From Candidatus Delongbacteria bacterium (GTDB taxonomy: Bacteria > CAIWAD01), in the NCBI GenBank assembly GCA_963663545.1, contig OY760505.1, positions 2,560,001-2,624,000 on the forward strand: a DNA stretch of 64,000 nt, read 5' to 3'. Below, in pieces: positions 1 through 9,384 of this stretch. Numbering within the stretch: position 1 is the stretch's first letter; the number at the start of each line of letters is the position of its first letter. Under the pieces are notes generated by a model. That model saw only the letters and a program-made list of their open reading frames with translations, was not told where the DNA came from and ran no database searches. The position numbers and the translations under genes were made by a program.

Positions 1-925
1 AAGCTCGTATACCCAATTGCTCGAGCAACCCGACGATGCGCTGGTTTTCGCTCTTTGCGAACCCTGCAAGTATCAGGATGTTTGTCTGTGGGCTCTTGAC
101 CTCAATCGCCGCAGGAAGTATGTCGCGAAGACCTTTGCCAAGATCAGCTGTGATACGGTGATCCACGTGCAGCCGTGGGCGATTGTTGGCCAGGGCGTGC
201 AAACCGGCAGCTGCTAAAACTCCCACCTGACGCATACCTCCACCCAACATTTTGCGCAAGCGACGAGCCTGTTTCATTGTGTCACGGTTTCCGGCCAGCA
301 GACTTCCTGCCGGACAGCCCAGACCTTTGGAAAGACAAACCGAAACCGTGTCAGCCAGACTGCCCCAGGCCGATTCCGGCTGCCCCGTGGCTGCAGCAGC
401 GTTCCACAAACGGGCGCCATCGAGGTGTAGTCGCAATCCATTTGTATCACAGAATGTCCGGATCTCACGCATTGTATCCAGCGGAAAGACGACGCCTCCG
501 ATGAGGTTGGCTGTGTTTTCAACGACGACGAGGCGGGTGCGAGGGAAATGATCGTTTTCCGGGCGTAGCACAGATTGTATCTGCTCAGTCCGCAGTAGAC
601 CGTCTGCGCAGTCCACTGTCGTCATGACGGCACCCAGCAAGGCACTTGCACCTCCCGCCTCGAAGGAGTTGGTGTGCGTACGACGTTCCAGAATGAGTTC
701 ATCACCGCGTGCGCAGTGCAATCCACATGCGATCAGGTTTCCCATTGTGCCGGAGGGGACGAAGAGCGCATCTTCGTGGCCTAGTAGTTCAGCCGTCGCT
801 TCTTCAAGCCTTCGCACTGTCGGGTCTTCATGAAAAACGTCATCGCCCACTTGCGCAGTGGCCATTGCGCTTCGCATGGCTTCGTCCGGTTGTGTCACAG
901 TGTCGGAGCGAAAATCCAGAATCAT
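1..925 (-). CDS. ltaE: Low-specificity L-threonine aldolase (runs off window start)
   Basis: Hand translation from ATG 925 (SD AGGAG): MILDFRSDTVTQPDEAMR...GDDVFHEDPTV...FVPSGTMGN...HLDGARLWNA...VCLSKGLGCPAGS...GGGMRQVG. Not in the ORF track because the stop lies outside the window. Confidence 0.92.
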   Translation of the reverse strand, partial: MILDFRSDTVTQPDEAMRSAMATAQVGDDVFHEDPTVRRLEEATAELLGHEDALFVPSGTMGNLIACGLHCARGDELILERRTHTNSFEAGGASALLGAVMTTVDCADGLLRTEQIQSVLRPENDHFPRTRLVVVENTANLIGGVVFPLDTMREIRTFCDTNGLRLHLDGARLWNAAAATGQPESAWGSLADTVSVCLSKGLGCPAGSLLAGNRDTMKQARRLRKMLGGGMRQVGVLAAAGLHALANNRPRLHVDHRITADLGKGLRDILPAAIEVKSPQTNILILAGFAKSENQRIVGLLEQLGIRA

Positions 926-938
926 TGCGGCTCCTGAG

Positions 939-1736
939 CTATATCTGGCAATTTGGGCAATACACCGTGCTTCGCTGCTGCTGGACAATGCTTTGAAGTG
1001 TATCACCGCAGCGGGGGCATTGCTCGCCGGCACGGCCGTAAGCCTTGAGCAGCGGTCTGTAACTGCCCGTCAGTCCATGGGCGTCCTGGAAGTCCGAGAA
1101 CGTGGTTCCACAGTTGCGGATCGCCTCACGTAGAATACGGCGCAAGTGCTTGTACAGGGCTCCCGCTTCCGTTGCATCAAGGTCGCACGCAGGTCGTCGT
1201 GGATCAATGCCCGCGGCAAAAAGCACTTCGCTGGCGTAGATGTTACCAACTCCACAAATGGCGTCTTGACGCATCAACCAAATCTTGATCGGTGATTTGC
1301 TAGCCGCCAGCAGATTGCGTACGTCACGCAGGCGAAAAGCGGCGCTTGTAGGGTCTACTCCTGGAGCGGCAAATTCCTGTGGCGTGTAACACAATCGAAT
1401 TGTGCCGAAGCGTCTGGTGTCATCGAAGTGAAGGCACCCGCGATCCAGTAGAAATTGTGCTCTGGTGTGGTTACCTGCATTGCGGTGATCGATGTAATAC
1501 AGTAGTCTTCCTGTCATGCGCAGGTGAACGACCAACCAGAGTTGAATTGTATCACGAGTCAATGCCAGAACGATCTGCTTCCCTTCACGAAACACTTCCG
1601 TGATACGTGAGTTGCAAAGCTCCTCAGGAACCTCACCAAGTTTGGAGTCATGGTAGCGAGCATCATGTATCACACGATTCTGCAGCAACGGCTTTAGTTG
1701 GCGCGCGATCGTCTCGACTTCGGGAAGCTCAGGCAT
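939..1736 (-). CDS. mutM: Formamidopyrimidine-DNA glycosylase / AP lyase
   Basis: N-terminal MPELPEVE, HLRMTG, DxRRFG, H2TH GVGNIYASEVLF, C-terminal zinc finger CPRC...CPNCQ. Confidence 0.96.
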   Translation of the reverse strand: MPELPEVETIARQLKPLLQNRVIHDARYHDSKLGEVPEELCNSRITEVFREGKQIVLALTRDTIQLWLVVHLRMTGRLLYYIDHRNAGNHTRAQFLLDRGCLHFDDTRRFGTIRLCYTPQEFAAPGVDPTSAAFRLRDVRNLLAASKSPIKIWLMRQDAICGVGNIYASEVLFAAGIDPRRPACDLDATEAGALYKHLRRILREAIRNCGTTFSDFQDAHGLTGSYRPLLKAYGRAGEQCPRCGDTLQSIVQQQRSTVYCPNCQI

Positions 1737-2205
1737 GGTTGCTCTTCAGTGCACGCAGTTTATCCAGTACCCGTTCAACGTGGCCTTTCACCTTGACATT
1801 GGTCCATCCGGCGCGTATCACACCCTTAGGGTCGATCAGGAAGGTCGATCGTATCACGCCTTCGTATTCGCGTCCCATGAACTTCTTCAGCCCCCATGCA
1901 TCGAAAGCCTTCAGTAATTCGTGGTCCGGGTCGCTTAGCAAGGTCAGGTTGAGTTCTTGCTTCGCAATGAAGCGCTGATGACTAGAGGCGCTATCGGGAC
2001 TGACACCGACAACCTGTGCCTCTAGTTTTTCGAATTTGTCGAGCATGCACGTGAAGTCTTTGGCTTCCAGCGTGCAGCCTGAAGTATTGTCCTTCGGGTA
2101 GAAATAGAGGACCAGCCAGCCGCCGAGGTAGTCCTTCTTAGCGCGCCAGTTTTCCTCCTGATCGCGCAGTCTGAAATCCGGTGCGTTTTGTCCAGGATCG
2201 GGCAT
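1729..2205 (-). CDS. bcp: Peroxiredoxin, Bcp/PrxQ family
   Basis: VLYFYPKDNTSGCTLEA..F, VVGVSPD, LLSD, RSTFLID; 8-bp overlap with mutM. Confidence 0.93.
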   Translation of the reverse strand: MPDPGQNAPDFRLRDQEENWRAKKDYLGGWLVLYFYPKDNTSGCTLEAKDFTCMLDKFEKLEAQVVGVSPDSASSHQRFIAKQELNLTLLSDPDHELLKAFDAWGLKKFMGREYEGVIRSTFLIDPKGVIRAGWTNVKVKGHVERVLDKLRALKSNHA

Positions 2206-2446
2206 GGTGTTTCTCCTTATGTTAGGTGAGCCAAATTATGATTGGCAAACATAGAAAACAAAGCACAGTCCTTTCTTTCTGATGATTTAGATCACCACGC
2301 CGCCGTGATGCTGCGCAGGTTTCCAATCTGCCGAAAATTGCACACTTGGTGCAGAGCAAGGAGTAGAGATGATGTGTATTTACAATATGATAGACTTGGC
2401 ACGCCTCTTGCGCTGTACGCAGGAGCAAGATCATTCGGGGGAAATC

Positions 2447-3508
2447 ATGAATCGCAAATTGGTAGGCGTGGCTCTGCTAGCCGCTGCCGCAGTCGTTTCA
2501 GTGCAGCCCGCGCGGGCTGATTTCGCAGTTCTCATTCAGCAATCACAACTTGGCCCTCACGCTTTTGTAGAGGACTGCAACGTCACGCTCGTCGACGCTG
2601 ACGATTTCGGTGCAGGCGGCCTTGGCCAAAGCTACGGTAGTTCAAGTGTAACCCAGCTGCCAAGCGGCGACTGGCTGTGTTCCTACGAGTTGGACGGCAA
2701 CATCTCTACGGAATATGGCTACATCACCGTAATCAATCCAACCATCAACTGCTTCATGCAGTATCCGGAAGCGTCTGAAGCTGGCAACCCGCTCGCACAG
2801 TACAATCTTGGCCCCGTACCGGCGCCCTATGTGCTTGATTTGAACGTGTTTGAGCCTTGCGATGACATTCCCGAGCATTATGGCTTTGACCTGACCATTC
2901 CGGCCTCTGCTTTGCCGACCAACAGTGTGCTGCAGTTTGTCAGCCTTTCGGGAGCGTCGGAGAATTACTGGCTGGATTTCGAATTGCAGGGGAATGCCTA
3001 TTACTGTAGTACCCGGTTTAGTTGTGATCCCGTTGAGGGCTGCGATGAAGTCCCCAATCCTTACGTGTTGTCGGTAACCGTAAGCTGCGGAGACAACTTC
3101 CTCGAGCCAGATGAATTGGGTATCAGCCTGAATTGGGATGGCTATGATGGCATCTACTACGTAGCCGACGTGAGCTATGATGTTGCTGAGCTCTTTGACG
3201 GTGTTGAGGGTTGCCCGGCTACTGCTGATGCCGATGAGCAGTACATGGCTTTTGAGCTTGGTCAGAACTGGCCCAACCCCTTTAATCCGGTGACCAGCAT
3301 CAGCTTCCAGCTTCCCGAGACTCAGCATGTGCGCCTTGGTGTGTACAATCTGTTCGGTGAGCGCGTGGCTTTGCTGGCTGACGGCCTGATGGAATCCGGT
3401 TCTCACCAGATCAGCTTTGATGGAAGCAACCTGGCCAGCGGTATCTACGTGTATGCACTGCAGGCTGGAAATCGCACCATTACCAAGAGGATGACGCTGA
3501 TCAAGTAG
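2447..3508 (+). CDS. Secreted Cys/acid-rich protein with T9SS/FlgD-like C-terminal sorting domain
   Basis: Likely start ATG 2447 (SD GGGGA); signal peptide MNRKLVGVALLAAAAVVSVQPARA; C-terminus FELGQNWPNPFNPVT...LASGIYVY...KRMTLIK. Confidence 0.8.
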   Translation: MNRKLVGVALLAAAAVVSVQPARADFAVLIQQSQLGPHAFVEDCNVTLVDADDFGAGGLGQSYGSSSVTQLPSGDWLCSYELDGNISTEYGYITVINPTINCFMQYPEASEAGNPLAQYNLGPVPAPYVLDLNVFEPCDDIPEHYGFDLTIPASALPTNSVLQFVSLSGASENYWLDFELQGNAYYCSTRFSCDPVEGCDEVPNPYVLSVTVSCGDNFLEPDELGISLNWDGYDGIYYVADVSYDVAELFDGVEGCPATADADEQYMAFELGQNWPNPFNPVTSISFQLPETQHVRLGVYNLFGERVALLADGLMESGSHQISFDGSNLASGIYVYALQAGNRTITKRMTLIK

Positions 3509-3532
3509 TCGTCTACTTCCTATGTGGAAAAC

Positions 3533-3562
3533 AAAGGCGGGGCTCTAAACCCCGCCTTTTTG
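3533..3562. terminator. Bidirectional Rho-independent terminator
   Basis: AAAGGCGGGG-ctctaaa-CCCCGCCTTT with A/T tails on both sides, between convergent genes. Confidence 0.85.
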
Positions 3563-3578
3563 CTTTCGTGCTGGAAGC

Positions 3579-4088
3579 CTACTCGGCTGCCGCTGCTGGC
3601 GGGGCCATTCCGGCCAGCTCCTTGTCCACCCAGAAGACCCGGCCACTATCGCCGCCTACCATGCGGATTTTGTCCAGGATTCCCCTGAAAAGGGACTCTT
3701 CTTCAAGCTGCTCATTCACGAACCATTGAACGAAACTGAAGGTGGTGAAGTCCTTTTCCTGCATGGCTACATCCACAATCTGATGAATGCCTGCAGTGAC
3801 GCTGAGTTCGTGCTCCATCACTTGCTCAAACAGGGCAGCATAGGAGCCGTACTCGGCGGGTGCTACATCAACCGCTCCCAGGATTGCCTTGCCGCCAGCC
3901 TCGTTGACGTAGTGGAACAGCTTCAACATGTGCTGACGCTCTTCCTCGGCGTGTGCATACATGAAGGCTGCAGAACCAGCAAAACCAGCATTTTCCAGCC
4001 AGGAGGCCATCGCCAGATACAGATTGGAAGAATATCCTTCAGCCGTTATTTGACGGTTCAGCTCTGCTTCCACGCGCTTGTTCAGCAT
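3579..4088 (-). CDS. ftnA: Non-heme ferritin
   Basis: Start ATG 4088 after AGGAG; LNRQITAEGYSSNLYLAMASW, HAEEERQH, EHE, FVQWFVNEQLEEE ferroxidase motifs. Confidence 0.92.
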   Translation of the reverse strand: MLNKRVEAELNRQITAEGYSSNLYLAMASWLENAGFAGSAAFMYAHAEEERQHMLKLFHYVNEAGGKAILGAVDVAPAEYGSYAALFEQVMEHELSVTAGIHQIVDVAMQEKDFTTFSFVQWFVNEQLEEESLFRGILDKIRMVGGDSGRVFWVDKELAGMAPPAAAAE

Positions 4089-4219
4089 GCTTTCTCCTTT
4101 CTTTTGCATCTTGTGGGCCCAAGGTAACAAGAGCGAGCTCAATTGCCCGCTGGCCTATGCCGATTCATCAGGCGCAGCGTCGTATTGGAGCTGCACCGGG
4201 GTGTCACGTAGGAGGCGAA

Positions 4220-4618
4220 ATGCAGAATCAGCTATGCAAGGCCATTCTGGACCAAGTCAGTGTACCTGTATTCGCTGTCGATTTAAGCGGCAAGCTGCTA
4301 TATCTCAATCACTTGGCCGAGAGGTTGAGTGGCTGGGCACTCTGGGAAGCCGTGAATCAGGACTTGGCTGAGATGCTGCCCTTACGCTGCAGCGAGACCG
4401 GCGATCTGTCCCCCATTAATGATGCAATCATCTCGGGCATGGAAATGATCAATATTCCGGCGCTCTTGGAAACACGATACGGTCAGTGTGTGGATCTCGC
4501 CCTGGATGTTACGCCGCTTTGGGAGGGACAGCACCGCAGCGGAGTTGTCATGGTTGCCCATTGCGAGATTCCGGATGAGGCGCCTAGCTTCCGTACCCAG
4601 GGAGAGGACGATGACTAA
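4220..4618 (+). CDS. Stand-alone PAS domain protein
   Basis: SD GGAGG, ATG 4220; ILDQVSVPVFAVDLSGKLLYLNHLAERLSGW...TPL...GVVMV is a PAS signature. Confidence 0.75.
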   Translation: MQNQLCKAILDQVSVPVFAVDLSGKLLYLNHLAERLSGWALWEAVNQDLAEMLPLRCSETGDLSPINDAIISGMEMINIPALLETRYGQCVDLALDVTPLWEGQHRSGVVMVAHCEIPDEAPSFRTQGEDDD

Positions 4619-4886
4619 AGACTGGACCGTCGTCTTTCGTAGTTTGCGCCGTCCGCACGCGGAGTCAGGCCCGCTTCTACGAGTTGCACCCGTTGGTTTG
4701 GAAATCTCCGGTTTACCCCGCGACGAGGCCGGTCTGCATCGCGTTGTTGACAGCGACGATCTACCTTTGGCCGATCTGCAGGGTCCTGTCTGTAGCGGTC
4801 CTTCCTGCAAGCTGCGTGCAGGACAGCTGGAACACGAGGCCGTGTTGCGTAGTCTCGGTGCTGCCTACCGGATTTGGCACGAGTAG
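4611..4886 (+). CDS. Hypothetical protein
   Basis: SD GGAGAGG and ATG overlapping the PAS gene end; no recognisable motif. Confidence 0.45.
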   Translation: MTKDWTVVFRSLRRPHAESGPLLRVAPVGLEISGLPRDEAGLHRVVDSDDLPLADLQGPVCSGPSCKLRAGQLEHEAVLRSLGAAYRIWHE

Positions 4887-5036
4887 CCCTTCTCACCGCT
4901 TCATGCAATTCAGCAATCTCTTCCTGCGATGAAGCAGGTAGCGTGTGTATTAGTGCGTTCATCGTAAGGCATTGGACGAGTTTGATCCTGGACTTCGTGA
5001 GCACTATTTTGGCCTGTTACCCAATAAGGAGCGCGT

Positions 5037-5591
5037 GTGATCGAAGTCGAAGTCAGCAGTGTCAGTTTCAGCCCGACGCATGGAGGGTATGTTGTACTGT
5101 TGCACCACCGCGAAGCGGGGCGCTGGTTGCCGGTTTTTGTCGGCGCTGGCGAGGCGCAGGCCATCAGCCTGAACCTGCAGCAGTTGCGATATCCACGTCC
5201 GATGACCTGGGATCTTGTGACACGCATGGTTGACAAGCTGGGCGGCAGCATCCGCCGTGTTGCGATTACAGCGCTGCGCGAAGACACCTTCTACGCTGAG
5301 ATTGATCTGCAGCGTCCGGATGGAGAGATTCACACGCTGGACGCCAGGCCTTCCGATGCCATCGCATTGGCTTTGCGGCAGGGGCTACCCATCAAGATGA
5401 ATCCGATGATCATGGCTGCGGCCGGGCACGATGGTCCCCCGGAGTTGGTGGATGTGGACGAGCGCCTCGCCCGTTTGGAAGTGGAGCTGGAACGCGCAGT
5501 TGCGGTAGAAGATTTTGAAAAGGCTGCCAGGCTGCGCGATCAGATCAAGCAGCTGAAGGAACAGCAGAATCCCGGGGGAACTCATGACTGA
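5037..5591 (+). CDS. Bifunctional nuclease (DUF151/BFN) with C-terminal UVR domain
   Basis: LPVFVGAGEAQAI, PRPMTWDL, TFYAEI, DARPSDAIALA; UVR motif LERAVAVEDFEKAARLRDQI. Confidence 0.9.
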   Translation: MIEVEVSSVSFSPTHGGYVVLLHHREAGRWLPVFVGAGEAQAISLNLQQLRYPRPMTWDLVTRMVDKLGGSIRRVAITALREDTFYAEIDLQRPDGEIHTLDARPSDAIALALRQGLPIKMNPMIMAAAGHDGPPELVDVDERLARLEVELERAVAVEDFEKAARLRDQIKQLKEQQNPGGTHD

Positions 5592-6444
5592 TAATCGTAT
5601 TGACTTGCATCAGGCGCTTGTATCACAGCTTCCCCTGCCGGTCTTCTTCCATTCCGAGACAGAGTTTCGCACGCTTAATCCAGCAGCCGAGCGCTTTGCA
5701 ACAGCTTGCGAAGAAAACGGCGCTTCAGCCGTAGACTTTGTTTCCATGCACCGCGACAGCGTGTTTGAAGTGCGTGTTGAGACGGGACGCATTCTAGTCT
5801 TGGGTCTTGGATCACGCCTGTTGCGCCTTGCGGAGCAGCTGGCCGGCTATGGCCGGATGGCGGGAGGTATCACGCACAATCTCAATAATCCTCTGAACGC
5901 CATCAGCGGGTTGGTGCAACTGATGATGTTCCGCAACGAGCACAACACAGAACTGCAGAAGATCGACGACCAATCCGAAGTGCTCATTCAGCAGATTCGC
6001 TGCAATGCTGATCGGTACAGGCGTATCACGGAGCTGAGCAATTCCAATGAAATCGGCTGGCTGGAGCTGGTTCGCCAGGAAATCGATTTCTACAAGGCGC
6101 ATATGACTTTCAAGCATCACTGCACCTATGAGCTGAACATTCCCGATGATGCCTCCGTATCGCTGGATTATCTAGAGGCGACCTGGGTGTTCGACCGTTT
6201 GCTTGAGGCCTGCCTCGACCTGGTTGAGTCCGAAGGCAGCCACGAGATCTACATTGATCTATCTGACAACTGGCCGCGCGTCAGCATTCTTGATGCCATT
6301 CCCGAGCGGCTACCACACATACTTCCACAGTTGACCAGCGAGCAGTTGAGACTCTTCTGCGCGCAGCACGACGGTGAACCCGTCTGGTCACTGGATGGAC
6401 ACCGTTTCACCATCGGCATTCGTCGTAAGCGTAAGTCCGAGTAG
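5584..6444 (+). CDS. HisKA (DHp) domain protein with degenerate ATPase domain
   Basis: H-box MAGGITHNLNNPLNAISG; no recognisable N/G1/G2 boxes downstream. Confidence 0.65.
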   Translation: MTDNRIDLHQALVSQLPLPVFFHSETEFRTLNPAAERFATACEENGASAVDFVSMHRDSVFEVRVETGRILVLGLGSRLLRLAEQLAGYGRMAGGITHNLNNPLNAISGLVQLMMFRNEHNTELQKIDDQSEVLIQQIRCNADRYRRITELSNSNEIGWLELVRQEIDFYKAHMTFKHHCTYELNIPDDASVSLDYLEATWVFDRLLEACLDLVESEGSHEIYIDLSDNWPRVSILDAIPERLPHILPQLTSEQLRLFCAQHDGEPVWSLDGHRFTIGIRRKRKSE

Positions 6445-6452
6445 GAGATCCC

Positions 6453-6755
6453 ATGGAGAAGAACGATCAACTTTTCGCCGTTCTGCTGGCTCAATTCGAG
6501 CAGGTTTGCATGATCGGGTTGGGCAAGCTGACTCGACCGGAAGGTGGCACGCAGGTAAATCTCGAAGAAGCCGCCTATGCCATTGACATGCTGGGCATGT
6601 TGAAGGAAAAAACCAAGGGGAATCTTCCTGCAGAGCTGAGCCACGCTCTGGATCACGCGCTGACGGATCTCCAATTGAACTTCGTTGAAGTTCGTCGCCA
6701 GCAGGAGTCAACCGGTGGTGATACAGCCAAATCGGATGGTGCAAAGGATGAGTAG
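6453..6755 (+). CDS. DUF1844 family protein
   Basis: IGLGKL..P, VNLEEAAYAIDMLGMLKEKTKGNL...L..LQLNFV. Confidence 0.85.
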   Translation: MEKNDQLFAVLLAQFEQVCMIGLGKLTRPEGGTQVNLEEAAYAIDMLGMLKEKTKGNLPAELSHALDHALTDLQLNFVEVRRQQESTGGDTAKSDGAKDE

Positions 6756-8106
6756 ACTGATGATTTCCATCTCGGGTATCCGGGGTGTAGTTGGCGATGG
6801 CCTTGATCCAACGGTGATCACACGCTACGCCGCCGCGTTTGGCACGTACTGTGGCGGTGGACGGGTTGTTTTGGGGCGTGATACACGACCCACAGGTGAG
6901 ATGGTACGTCAGGCTGTGATTTCAGGGTTGGTGGCAACAGGATGCGAAGTCATCGATATCGGCATTGTGCCAACACCAACCGTTGCAATCATGGTGGAGG
7001 AATTGAAGGCGGCTGGCGGCATTTGTATTACAGCAAGCCACAATCCAAGCGAGTGGAATGCGCTGAAGTTCTTCCACAACGACGGGCTCTTTCTTGATCC
7101 GCAGCAAAGTGCGCAGCATTTGGCCATTGCGGAGAATGGAATCAAGTGGGCCAGCTGGGACAAGATGGGCAGCGTGAGTTGCAACGATACGGCGTGTGAT
7201 ACGCACGTGCGTCGCATTCTGGCCCTGGATCTGCTGGATCCCAGCGCACTTCGCAAACGCAACTTCCGCGTCGCCGTCGACTGTGTCAATGGCGCAGGCA
7301 GCAAGGTCCTTCCCTTCCTGCTGCAGGAGCTGGGGTGCGATGTCGTCAAGATCGGCTGTGATAGCAGTGGTCGCTTCTTCCGTGGCGCTGAGCCATCACC
7401 TGAGAACCTCGGGAAGCTGTGTGATACAGTTGCCGAGGGGCGCTTTGATTTTGGTATAGCGGTCGATCCCGACGTAGACCGGCTGGCGCTTGTGGATGGC
7501 AAGGGAGTTCCGCTGGGTGAAGAGCAAACCCTGGCACTTGTAGCACGCTTTGTGCTACGTCATCAGAAATCGCCAGTGGTGGCGAACGTGTCCAGCAGCC
7601 AGATCCTGGACGATGTGTGCCGTGAAGCGGGTGTCGACCTGTATCGCACTCGAGTTGGCGAGATCAATGTCTCTGTGAAGATGCGCGAGGTCGACGCTGC
7701 CATTGGTGGTGAAGGCAACGGCGGTGTGATCCTGCGGGACTTGCACCTGGGCCGTGATGCCTTGGTGGGCGTGGCGTTGATTCTGCAGTATCTGCTGGAA
7801 TCGGGCAATCGCCTGCGCGCCATGCGCGAAGAGTTGCCCACTTACAGTATGGTCAAGGACAAGGTGCTTCTGGGCGAGCTGGATCCCGGTGCTGCCCTCG
7901 AACGCATCGCGCAGGAACTTGGTGCACGCGGTCAAGTCGATCGGACCGATGGAATAAAAGTGATCTTCAGCGGTGAGACAGGGCCATCCTGGGTGCAGGC
8001 ACGTGCTTCCAACACTGAACCTATTCTGCGCATTTTTGCCGAAGCTGGCAGCGAAGAGCTCGCGCAGGAGCTTGTTCGTGAGACATCTGAGCTGCTGGGT
8101 ATCTGA
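6748..8106 (+). CDS. glmM: Phosphoglucosamine mutase / alpha-D-phosphohexomutase family
   Basis: Start ATG 6748; SISGIRG, ITASHNP (phospho-Ser), DPDVDR metal loop, GGEGNGG, RASNTEP. Exact substrate is uncertain. Confidence 0.8.
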   Translation: MSRLMISISGIRGVVGDGLDPTVITRYAAAFGTYCGGGRVVLGRDTRPTGEMVRQAVISGLVATGCEVIDIGIVPTPTVAIMVEELKAAGGICITASHNPSEWNALKFFHNDGLFLDPQQSAQHLAIAENGIKWASWDKMGSVSCNDTACDTHVRRILALDLLDPSALRKRNFRVAVDCVNGAGSKVLPFLLQELGCDVVKIGCDSSGRFFRGAEPSPENLGKLCDTVAEGRFDFGIAVDPDVDRLALVDGKGVPLGEEQTLALVARFVLRHQKSPVVANVSSSQILDDVCREAGVDLYRTRVGEINVSVKMREVDAAIGGEGNGGVILRDLHLGRDALVGVALILQYLLESGNRLRAMREELPTYSMVKDKVLLGELDPGAALERIAQELGARGQVDRTDGIKVIFSGETGPSWVQARASNTEPILRIFAEAGSEELAQELVRETSELLGI

Positions 8107-8393
8107 TGCAGATTGCGCGTGTTACAGGCGAAGTGGTTTCCACAGTTAAGCATGGCCGTTTCAAGGGGCACAAACTCCTGCTGGTATGCAATGTGGATTT
8201 GCATGACGCGCTACAAGGCGATGAGTATATCGCCCTGGACACCGTGGACGCTGGTATCGGCGACCAGGTGCTCATAAACAAAGAAGGTGGTTCGGCACGG
8301 CTGGCGCTGGCCGACAATGATATTCCCGTTCAAGCCCTGATTGTGGGCGTTGTGGACGGATTTCACATCAGTCATGGACAGGCAGAATCATGA
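8106..8393 (+). CDS. Bacterial microcompartment pentamer/vertex protein (EutN/CcmL, BMC-P)
   Basis: [16 protein letters not shown]...KLLLV...[20 protein letters not shown]...[11 protein letters not shown]. Confidence 0.93.
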   Translation: MQIARVTGEVVSTVKHGRFKGHKLLLVCNVDLHDALQGDEYIALDTVDAGIGDQVLINKEGGSARLALADNDIPVQALIVGVVDGFHISHGQAES

Positions 8394-9262
8394 GCAGCGA
8401 ACACCTCGTTGATCGTATTGTAAAGGAAATGCTGGGCGAGCAGGCCGGGCGTGCTGTGACACACACTGTCGCGGATCACATTCCCGTTGTTGATCCGCCA
8501 GCAATCAAGGCCGCCAGCTACAGCCCGGATCGGGTTTTGGCCTGCGGCGCCGACCGTGTGAGTTGCACCTTGGGTCTGATCGAGAGTGTGCGCGGCGAAG
8601 TAGGTCGCATGATCGATCATACGCTGCTCAAGCCAAATGCAACACGCTCCGAAGTCGAGAGGCTTTGTCGCGAGGCCCGAGAGTACAAGTTCGCCTCGGT
8701 CTGTGTCAACCCTTACCGTGTGTCACTGTGTCACAGTATGCTCGAGAGCAGCCAGGTAAAGGTCTGCACTGTCATTGGCTTTCCCCTTGGTGCCAACAGC
8801 ACGCGCATCAAAGTGGCCGAAACACGTCAGGCGGTACGCGACGGCGCAGGTGAAGTCGACATGGTGATCAACCTGGGCGCCGTCAAGGACGGTGACTGGC
8901 GTCTTGTCGAGCAGGATATTGCCGAAGTCGTGGAGGCTGCCGGACGCCGTGTGGTGACCAAGGTGATTCTGGAAACCTGCCTGCTAAGCGATGAGGAGAT
9001 TGTGCGCGCCTGTCTGTGTGCACAGCGTGCGCGCGCGAACTTTGTCAAGACATCAACCGGGTTCTCCACGGGAGGAGCAACCGCCGAGCACGTGCGCTTG
9101 ATGCGTCGCGTAGTGGGAGCCGGCATGGGCGTCAAAGCCTCCGGTGGTGTGCGAAGTTTTGGTGATGCCGTCGAGATGATCGAATCCGGCGCCAATCGCA
9201 TCGGCGCGAGCGCCAGTGTTGCCATTGTCGGTGGTTCGAGCCAAGCCGGTGACGGTTACTGA
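8390..9262 (+). CDS. deoC: Deoxyribose-phosphate aldolase with ~70-aa N-terminal extension
   Basis: [55 protein letters not shown]. Confidence 0.95.
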   Translation: MSSEHLVDRIVKEMLGEQAGRAVTHTVADHIPVVDPPAIKAASYSPDRVLACGADRVSCTLGLIESVRGEVGRMIDHTLLKPNATRSEVERLCREAREYKFASVCVNPYRVSLCHSMLESSQVKVCTVIGFPLGANSTRIKVAETRQAVRDGAGEVDMVINLGAVKDGDWRLVEQDIAEVVEAAGRRVVTKVILETCLLSDEEIVRACLCAQRARANFVKTSTGFSTGGATAEHVRLMRRVVGAGMGVKASGGVRSFGDAVEMIESGANRIGASASVAIVGGSSQAGDGY

Positions 9263-9384
9263 TTCCTGGAACCCGCTATTCCGTGAGTGTGATACACGGA
9301 CATCTTGCAAACAAGGCCGCGATTGCAGAAGGATACATTCCTGACGGGCGGCTATTTTCCGAAAACAAGACTGCCGGAGGCAGC

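Noticed and set aside
17..833. Plus-strand ORFs at the window start
   Set aside because: The region is occupied by ltaE on the minus strand.
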